A stretch of DNA of 64,000 nt from Candidatus Micrarchaeia archaeon (GTDB lineage: Archaea > Micrarchaeota > Micrarchaeia > Anstonellales > J096), in assembly GCA_041500405.1 (NCBI GenBank), contig JBGQMB010000001.1:9490-73489 (forward strand), given 5' to 3'. Each line of letters begins with the position of its first letter. Position 1 is the stretch's first letter. The notes beneath the pieces were generated by a model. That model was not told the DNA's origin and did not search any database. It worked only from the letters and a program-made list of their open reading frames with translations. Both the position numbers and the translations under genes were made by a program. Positions 57,586 to 64,000 of this stretch are shown here, one piece after another.

Positions 57586-57723
57586 ATGCCCAATTACAGA
57601 GTATGGCTTTCAGGAGAGAAGATAGAGATAAAGGACGTAAAGAACTACACCCTGGCGCTTTCCGGCGCAAAGATACTGCTTAAGGAGAGGCCGCCGGTCG
57701 CAAAAGAGGTCTCCACGGATTGA
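57586..57723 (+). CDS. rpoP: RNA polymerase subunit Rpo12 (RpoP), cysteine-free variant (not in ORF track)
   Basis: MPNYRVWLSGEKIEIKDVKNYTLALSGAKILLKERPPVAKEVSTD; GxxILxKERP signature; canonical position after rpl37ae; AGGTGA RBS. Confidence 0.8.
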   Translation: MPNYRVWLSGEKIEIKDVKNYTLALSGAKILLKERPPVAKEVSTD

Positions 57724-58166
57724 TTCTTCTAACAACCTCCCTTAATCCAACAAAAGGCGCAAGGTCCCTTGCAAGGGGCCTTTCAAACTCCATTTTTGGC
57801 TTCTATATGAACAGGGGCAGCGCCACATTTGAGCGCGTGATGCGGAAAGCAGCGTCTTTAGGATGCGCCAAAGCGGCGTTCGTGTTTTCCGGCAATGGAA
57901 AGGCGTCAAGGATAAGGTTCGCCTCGCTGGACAACGGGTGGGCGTGGGACAGGGAGGAGTTCGTTGTCAGCAGGCATCCGCAGTCTTCCGTGGAACGCAA
58001 AAACGGCGAGGCTGCTTCAAGGTCAAAGAAGCTGAAAAGCGCCTTCGGGCTTTCCGGCCCGGCAGCGGACGCGGACAGGGTTCTGTCATATTCTGGAAAA
58101 AAACTTTCAATAAAGGAAGGAAAAAAAGAGGTGTTTTGGGTTGAAGGGCATTTCTCTAAGCGCTGA
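57720..58166 (+). CDS. Brix-domain protein (degenerate)
   Basis: MILLTTSLNPT...RSLA...YMNRG; synteny. Confidence 0.7.
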   Translation: MILLTTSLNPTKGARSLARGLSNSIFGFYMNRGSATFERVMRKAASLGCAKAAFVFSGNGKASRIRFASLDNGWAWDREEFVVSRHPQSSVERKNGEAASRSKKLKSAFGLSGPAADADRVLSYSGKKLSIKEGKKEVFWVEGHFSKR

Positions 58167-58377
58167 GATAAGGGTAAATGGGGACATGAAGACGCTGGCT
58201 GCGATGAAGGCCGCGCTGCTCGAGTCCAAGGACGCAAGGATATGTGGAAGCGTTTCGCTGAAAAAATCGCTTGTGATAACCGTTGAATCGCCGGATGCGA
58301 CGGCGTTGAGGGCAGGTTTAAATACATATCTAAGGATATTGCAATCAGTCGAGGATATTTCAAAAGGTGATTATTGA
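58141..58377 (+). CDS. pcc1: KEOPS complex subunit Pcc1
   Basis: VESPDATALRAGLNTYLR; synteny. Confidence 0.82.
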   Translation: MKGISLSAEIRVNGDMKTLAAMKAALLESKDARICGSVSLKKSLVITVESPDATALRAGLNTYLRILQSVEDISKGDY

Positions 58378-58718
58378 TGGCATCAGCAGACATAGAAGAA
58401 AAGGTAATAGAGTTCCAGAAAATGGAGAAGCAGCTCGAGATGTACATGGGGCAAAGGTACCAGTTCGAGATGCAGCTTGCGGAGACGAATGCGGCAACGG
58501 AAGAGATATCCAAGCTTGCGGAATCTGCGGAAATATACAAGTCAACGGGCGGCTTCTTCGTGAAGGTGGCAAAGGCTCCTGCGCTTGAGGAGCTCAACTC
58601 AAGGAAAACGCTGCTTGAAAGCAGGTCCAAGATGTTCAGGGAGCAGGAGGAGAAGCTCAAGGTGAGCCTGACGAGACTTGGAAAAAGCCTTGAGGAAGAG
58701 ATGAAGGGCGCAAAGTGA
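58377..58718 (+). CDS. pfdB: Prefoldin beta subunit
   Basis: Coiled coil - IYKSTGGFFVK hairpin - coiled coil. Confidence 0.9.
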   Translation: MASADIEEKVIEFQKMEKQLEMYMGQRYQFEMQLAETNAATEEISKLAESAEIYKSTGGFFVKVAKAPALEELNSRKTLLESRSKMFREQEEKLKVSLTRLGKSLEEEMKGAK

Positions 58719-59690
58719 ATGGACGACTTTGGCGCGTTCTTCCGGAAATACGGGAACTCGAAGCTCGCGTTTGTCGCGCATTCAAGGGCGGACATTGACA
58801 GCATAGCGTCCGCGCACGTCCTAAGGAAAAGGTTCAGGAACAGCGTCCTGCTGGTCCCAAACGACACAACATATTCCGCAGGAAAGCTCATTGAAACGTT
58901 CGGGATAAGGTTCGAGACGCTTGAGACTGTAAACATCAAGGATTTCGAGGCCGTTGTTTCGGTTGACGCGTCCAACTACGGGCTTTTCGAAATTGACAGG
59001 TCAATGAAGATAGCCGCGGTTTTCGACCACCACCAGAAGGCATACAATGGGTTCGAGGGCGAGTTCAACTATATAGACCCGAATGCAAAATCCACTGCTG
59101 AAATAATAGCCGGCATACTGGAAAGGGAGCTGGACAAGGAGGATGCGGCCATGCTTGCAGCTGCCATAATAATGGACACGGCGAGGTTCAAGTCCGCGAA
59201 CAACGAAACATTCAGCATCCTGTTCAAGCTTATAGAAAAATCGAAGAGGGATTATTCAGAGCTTCTTTCAATCGCATACCCTCCGCTTCCGACAGACGAA
59301 AAAATAGCGATCCTCAAGGCGCTTCAAAGGGTGGAGTTCTTCGAGCACAAGGGATTCATAATCGCCCTGTCCAACGTCAACGCGAAGATAGGAGAGGCGT
59401 CATCAATGCTTTCTGATGCTGCGGATGCCGCGTTTGTCGCGCAGTTCAACGAAACTGAAAGGAAGACCATGGTTTCCGCAAGGGCAAATTCGCATTTCCC
59501 GGTTCCGCTGAACGGCATAATGTCGGAGATAGGCAAAAAATTCAAGGGCTCGGGAGGAGGCCATTTCAAGGCGTCCGGCGCATTCGGCTACGCAAAGCCA
59601 AATGAGGTGCTTGAGATGTGCCTCGGATTAGTCAAGCAGGAAATAGACAAGAAGAACCTGGATTATAGTCAGATTGTGCCGAAGAAATAA
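58719..59690 (+). CDS. DHH-family phosphoesterase
   Basis: HSRADIDS, VD, DHH, DT, SAR, GGGH. Confidence 0.92.
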   Translation: MDDFGAFFRKYGNSKLAFVAHSRADIDSIASAHVLRKRFRNSVLLVPNDTTYSAGKLIETFGIRFETLETVNIKDFEAVVSVDASNYGLFEIDRSMKIAAVFDHHQKAYNGFEGEFNYIDPNAKSTAEIIAGILERELDKEDAAMLAAAIIMDTARFKSANNETFSILFKLIEKSKRDYSELLSIAYPPLPTDEKIAILKALQRVEFFEHKGFIIALSNVNAKIGEASSMLSDAADAAFVAQFNETERKTMVSARANSHFPVPLNGIMSEIGKKFKGSGGGHFKASGAFGYAKPNEVLEMCLGLVKQEIDKKNLDYSQIVPKK

Positions 59691-59777
59691 TTGTCATTAA
59701 GCGGAGTTTTGTGTTGATATTCCGCTGCAGCCAGCCATCTTTTATAAACCGTTTACACAACCAACCATGTAAGTGGT

Positions 59778-61340
59778 ATGATGAACGGAACCTTCAAGGA
59801 TGTCAAAAAGGAGCTTGATGTCTACAGGCACAGGAAATACATCACGCAGGCCAAGCTGATAGACATCAGCACAGGCAAGAAGATTGTCGTGCTCAACGAC
59901 AGGGAAGCAACCGCCAACGACGTATTCGAGGGCCAGAGGGTCGAGATAAAGATAAAGGGCGCGCCGCACATAGTCGTTGTCAACCTTTCAACGCACCTTG
60001 TCAAGGAAGGCGAGATTGGCATTTATGCTGATGTTTCAAAAGGATTCACAATATCAAATGGGGACATCATAGAGATAAACCACGTGCCGCTGCCGAAAAG
60101 CATTGAAACGATAATAAAGAAAATAGGCGGCCAGCCGACCACGAAGGAGGAAACAGACGCGATAATAACGGACCTCATGGCAAACAGGCTTTCGGAGGCA
60201 GAGCTGTCCGCGTGGCTGACCGCGTGCTCGGTAAGGGGGCTTAATGACGACGAGACTGTTTCACTCACCGAATCCATGGTCGCGTCCGGGGACACGCTCA
60301 AGCTTGGCAAGTCTCCCATAGTGGACAAGCACTGCATAGGCGGGGTTGCGGGAAACAGGACCACGATGGTGCTCGTCCCGATAATCGCGTCCGCAGGCAT
60401 TTTCATACCGAAAACATCCTCAAGGGCGATAACGTCCCCTGCCGGGACAGCGGACACCATGGAGGTTTTCGCGCCCGTCAACATAAGCATGGACGAAATG
60501 AGGGAAATAGTCAAGAAAACATTCGGCGTCATAGTCTGGGGAGGCGGCATAAACATAGCGCCTGCAGACGACAAGATGATACAGCTCAGGCGCTCGCTGA
60601 GGATGGACCCGAAAGGCGTCCTTCTTGCAAGCATCCTGAGCAAGAAGAAGGCTGTCGGCTCGGAGCATGTGCTCATAGACGTGCCGCTCGGCATAAACGT
60701 CAAGATAGGCGATATGGGCGCAGCGCAGGACCTTGCAAAGGAATTCAAGACAATAGGCGCAAGGCTTGGCATGAACGTCGGCGTGATCGTGACAAACGGC
60801 TCTGAGCCCATAGGCGACGGCATGGGGCCGGTCCTTGAGGCAAAAGATGTTCTCATGGTGTTGGAGGGCAAAGGCCCTGCGGACCTTAGGGACAAGAGCC
60901 TGCTGATGGCCGGAAAGATATTCGAGCTGTGCGGCAAGGTCAGCAAGGGCGAAGGATACGACGTGGCAAAGCACTTCCTTGAATCAGGCAAGGCGCTTGC
61001 GAAGATGAAAGAGATCATAGCGGCCCAGGGAGGGGACCCGAATGTGAAATCAAGCTCATTGCCGACAGCGAAATACTCTTATATTGTCAAGGCCACGGTT
61101 GACGGAAAGATAGAGCACATAGACAACAAGTGCGTGTCCCGCATCGCAAGGGCGACGGGGGCGCCGCAGGACAAGGCCGCGGGCCTTTACCTGCACAAGG
61201 CAAAGGGCGACACCATCAAGGTGGGCGACGTGCTTTTCGAGCTTTTCGCGGAAAGCGAGGCAAACCTGGATTTTGCGCTCAAGATGGCGGAAGAGTTCAA
61301 CCCCGTTATGATGGGCAAGGTGCTGCTTGACGAGTTCTGA
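59778..61340 (+). CDS. deoA: AMP phosphorylase (archaeal thymidine phosphorylase family)
   Basis: DKHCIGGVAGNRTT, PKTSSRAITSPAGTADTME, SILSKK, AQGG. Confidence 0.95.
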   Translation: MMNGTFKDVKKELDVYRHRKYITQAKLIDISTGKKIVVLNDREATANDVFEGQRVEIKIKGAPHIVVVNLSTHLVKEGEIGIYADVSKGFTISNGDIIEINHVPLPKSIETIIKKIGGQPTTKEETDAIITDLMANRLSEAELSAWLTACSVRGLNDDETVSLTESMVASGDTLKLGKSPIVDKHCIGGVAGNRTTMVLVPIIASAGIFIPKTSSRAITSPAGTADTMEVFAPVNISMDEMREIVKKTFGVIVWGGGINIAPADDKMIQLRRSLRMDPKGVLLASILSKKKAVGSEHVLIDVPLGINVKIGDMGAAQDLAKEFKTIGARLGMNVGVIVTNGSEPIGDGMGPVLEAKDVLMVLEGKGPADLRDKSLLMAGKIFELCGKVSKGEGYDVAKHFLESGKALAKMKEIIAAQGGDPNVKSSSLPTAKYSYIVKATVDGKIEHIDNKCVSRIARATGAPQDKAAGLYLHKAKGDTIKVGDVLFELFAESEANLDFALKMAEEFNPVMMGKVLLDEF

Positions 61341-61383
61341 TGCACCGTCAGGTATAAAAACATCGGCCGCCCAATCGTTGCAC

Positions 61384-62379
61384 ATGGGCGTAATCTCCAT
61401 TTTCGGAAAGACCGCCTGGAAAGGCTGCAGGATAGCCCTTCCCGAGGCAGAGGACGGGCGCATTTTGGAGGCGGCCGCGGCGGCAATGAAAAAAGGGTTC
61501 GCGACGCCGGTCCTGATCGGGGACAAAAAAAAGATAAAGGCAAAGGCCACGGAGCTCGGCATCAGCATTGCCGGCATTGAGGTAATGGACACGTCCAAAG
61601 GCGTTCCGCGGAAATACGTGGACGCCTATGCGAAAATAAGGCATGTGCCTCTGCGGCTTGCCGAGCGCATCCTTTCGGAGCCCATCTTCCTTGCTGCCCT
61701 GCTTGTTAAGCAGGGGGAGTGCGATGCCATGATGGGCGGCGCCGTGTACACCTCTGCCGACGTCATAACCGCATCAGAAGGCATAATCGGCCTGAAAAAG
61801 GGCATATCCGTGCCTTCGAGCTTCTTCATAATGGAGATACCGGGATATGAAAACAAGGAGGGCGGGCTTGTGCTTTTCGCGGATTCATCGGTGAATATTG
61901 AGCCGACGGCAGAACAGCTCGCTGATGTGGCAATAACAACTGCGCAGAGCGCAGCCGAGCTGCTTGGCTGGACCCCAAGGGTGGCAATGCTGTCCTTTTC
62001 GACAAAGGGAAGCGCCATCCATCCAAGGGCGGACAAGGTCATAAAGGCAACGCAGATTGCGAACAGGAAGGCGCCGGGGCTTTTCATAGACGGCGAGCTG
62101 CAGGGCGACTCCGCGCTTGTTGAAAGCACTGCAATGAAGAAGATGGGCAAGAAGATCGGCAATGTGGCAGGAAGAGCGAACGTCCTCATATTCCCTGACT
62201 TGGATTCAGGCAACATATCATACAAGCTTGTGCAGGCCTTCGCAAAGGCGAACTGCTACGGCCCGATACTGCAGGGCTTCCTGAAACCGGTCAGCGACCT
62301 TTCAAGGGGGGCAAAGCCCGAAGACATAGCCGGCGCAATGGCAATCCTCAGCACATGGGCAGGGAGGATGAAAAGATGA
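61384..62379 (+). CDS. pta: Phosphate acetyltransferase
   Basis: RIALPE, SSFFIM, FADS, VAMLSFSTKGSA, DGELQGD, FPDLDSGNISYK, SDLSRG. Confidence 0.95.
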   Translation: MGVISIFGKTAWKGCRIALPEAEDGRILEAAAAAMKKGFATPVLIGDKKKIKAKATELGISIAGIEVMDTSKGVPRKYVDAYAKIRHVPLRLAERILSEPIFLAALLVKQGECDAMMGGAVYTSADVITASEGIIGLKKGISVPSSFFIMEIPGYENKEGGLVLFADSSVNIEPTAEQLADVAITTAQSAAELLGWTPRVAMLSFSTKGSAIHPRADKVIKATQIANRKAPGLFIDGELQGDSALVESTAMKKMGKKIGNVAGRANVLIFPDLDSGNISYKLVQAFAKANCYGPILQGFLKPVSDLSRGAKPEDIAGAMAILSTWAGRMKR

Positions 62380-63566
62380 ACAAGATATTGGTGCTCAACT
62401 GCGGAAGCTCCTCCATAAAATACAGGCTTTTTGACTCGAAGTTCAGGGAAATGCTCAGCGGAAAGGTGGAAAGGATAGGGGAAAAGGGGCCTGGGATTGT
62501 CCATGCCAAGGGCAAGGAAACCTTTAGGGCAAACGCAAAAGCAAGCAGCCACAAGGAGGCAATAGCATTGATGATAAGGATGCTCCATGACAGGAAATGG
62601 GGCGGCATACGCAGCGTTTCGGAGATATCCGTCATAGGCCACCGCGCCGTCCACGGAGGCCAGATGGCGAAAACATCGCTTGTCTCCGGCGCGGCGCTGG
62701 ACTACCTGAGGTCGTTTGAGATGCTCGCGCCGCTGCACAACCCCCATAACATAGAGGGCATGAAGGAGATGAAGAAGGCCATGCCGAACGTGCCGCAGGT
62801 CATGGTGTTCGACACGGCGTTCCACCAGACCATGCCGAGGAAGGCGTACATGTACGGGCTTCCTTACGCGTTCTTCGACAAATACGCGGTAAGGAGATAC
62901 GGGTTCCACGGCACGTCCCACAAGTACGTTTCGCTCAGGGCCGCCGAAATGCTGAAAATGAAAAGGCCCAACCTCATAACATGCCACCTTGGCGCAGGCT
63001 CAAGCATAACCGCGGTCAGGGAAGGCAGGTCTGTCGACACAAGCATGGGCATGACGCCATTGGAAGGCGTGATGATGGGAACAAGGACAGGGGACATAGA
63101 CCCGTCCATAGTCCAATACCTGGTGAAGAAATACGGCTTCAGCTATGACGACCTTTTTGACATCATGAACAACAGGAGCGGCCTGCTTGGCATATCCGGC
63201 GCAAGCAAGGACGTCAGGGTGATAATGGGAAAGGCAGGCAAGGGCAACGAGAGGTGCAGGCTTGCGCTCGAGATGTTCAGTTATAGAGTTTCAAAATACA
63301 TCGGCGCATACGCCGCCGCGCTTGGCAAAGTCGACGCAATCGTGTTCACCGCAGGCATTGGCGAGAACTCCCCCTGGATAAGGAAAGAAATATGCGCCAG
63401 CCTCGGCATAATCGGGGCAAAGCTTGATTCCGGAAAAAACAGGAGGGCCATAGGCAAGGAAGCCGATATAAGCGCAAAAGGCTCGAAAATAAGAATGCTT
63501 GTGATTCCGACGGATGAGGAGCTGATGATGGCAAGGGAGGCCGCAGCCGCACTCGGGGGATTGTGA
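62376..63566 (+). CDS. ackA: Acetate kinase
   Basis: NCGSSS, GHRAVHGG, APLHN, FDTAFH, YGFHGTSH, TAGIGEN, TDEE. Confidence 0.97.
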   Translation: MNKILVLNCGSSSIKYRLFDSKFREMLSGKVERIGEKGPGIVHAKGKETFRANAKASSHKEAIALMIRMLHDRKWGGIRSVSEISVIGHRAVHGGQMAKTSLVSGAALDYLRSFEMLAPLHNPHNIEGMKEMKKAMPNVPQVMVFDTAFHQTMPRKAYMYGLPYAFFDKYAVRRYGFHGTSHKYVSLRAAEMLKMKRPNLITCHLGAGSSITAVREGRSVDTSMGMTPLEGVMMGTRTGDIDPSIVQYLVKKYGFSYDDLFDIMNNRSGLLGISGASKDVRVIMGKAGKGNERCRLALEMFSYRVSKYIGAYAAALGKVDAIVFTAGIGENSPWIRKEICASLGIIGAKLDSGKNRRAIGKEADISAKGSKIRMLVIPTDEELMMAREAAAALGGL

Positions 63567-63937
63567 TGGAGACAAGGGGAATCGGCGTGGACATTGTTGA
63601 CATAAGAAAGCTCAGAAAAATCCTGAAGGGCAAGGCCGGAACGAAGTTCGTCTCCAACACCTTCACCAGGCGCGAGATAGGGTGCGCGAAAGGCGGGGCG
63701 AACATTTTCAAGCTCGCAACCTCGTTCGCCGCAAAGGAGGCGGTCTTCAAGGCCCTTGGCACAGGCTGGATTGAGGGAAAGGACGTGGAGATTGTGAGAA
63801 GCAGGGAAGAGGGCACGCCCAGCATAAGGCTTCATGGAAAAATCGAAAAAATGGCGAAGAAAATGAAAATAAGGAGAGTGCTGGTTTCGCTTTCGTTTGC
63901 CGAAGACTACGCAATTGCCTTTGCGGTCATCTCCTAG
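63566..63937 (+). CDS. acpS: Holo-ACP synthase (AcpS-type 4'-phosphopantetheinyl transferase)
   Basis: GIGVDIV, FTRRE, FAAKEAVFKALGTG, VSLS, YAIAF. Confidence 0.9.
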   Translation: METRGIGVDIVDIRKLRKILKGKAGTKFVSNTFTRREIGCAKGGANIFKLATSFAAKEAVFKALGTGWIEGKDVEIVRSREEGTPSIRLHGKIEKMAKKMKIRRVLVSLSFAEDYAIAFAVIS

Positions 63938-63998
63938 CCTTCTTGTGCATATAGTCGATTGCCTCGCCCACCGTCTTGTTCTGCCTGACGTCCCCTTG
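63927..63998 (-). CDS. C-terminal fragment of a probable acyl carrier protein (5' truncated by window edge)
   Basis: Minus frame reads QGDVRQNKTVGEAIDYMHKKARR*, matching the ACP helix-IV pattern TVxxAIDY; adjacent to acpS; only 23 aa visible. Confidence 0.6.
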   Translation of the reverse strand, partial: QGDVRQNKTVGEAIDYMHKKARR

Positions 63999-64000
63999 CG

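Noticed and set aside
57423..57683. 86-aa plus-strand ORF
   Set aside because: Off-frame overlap of rpl37ae and rpoP
57803..58975. 390-aa minus-strand ORF
   Set aside because: Ser/Phe-rich antisense reading across four genuine plus-strand genes
60023..61018. 331-aa minus-strand ORF
   Set aside because: Antisense shadow of AMP phosphorylase
1..64000. CRISPR arrays, rRNA, transposases, integrases, proviral genes
   Set aside because: None seen on either strand by manual reading

Overview
Gene-dense archaeal chromosome segment. Evidence: aEF-2, TFE, aIF-2 alpha/beta, aIF-1A, CarS, fibrillarin, the exosome Rrp4/41/42 superoperon, AMP phosphorylase and TATA-box promoters. The divergent proteins and gene mix suggest a DPANN lineage, probably Micrarchaeota-like (inference). 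It has three tRNAs (Ala-CGC, intron-containing Trp-CCA, Ile-GAT) and no rRNA, CRISPR array or transposase. Four small genes missing from the ORF track were read directly: eL41, Nop10, a cysteine-free Rpo12, and the 3' end of a probable acyl carrier protein. Highlights: (1) pta-ackA-acpS converging on an ACP-like gene, a phosphopantetheine-carrier system unusual in archaea; (2) an operon divergent from an Lrp gene whose first two genes share a duplicated, synonymously conserved N-terminal leader and which ends in a CX3CX3C radical-SAM/methyltransferase fusion; (3) an intact but apparently catalytically dead glutamine synthetase; (4) five proteins sharing an unrecognised ~36-aa helical repeat, plus ankyrin proteins; (5) an AT-rich Dam methyltransferase with an uncharacterised partner; (6) a tRNA-acceptor-like hairpin just downstream of tRNA-Ile.
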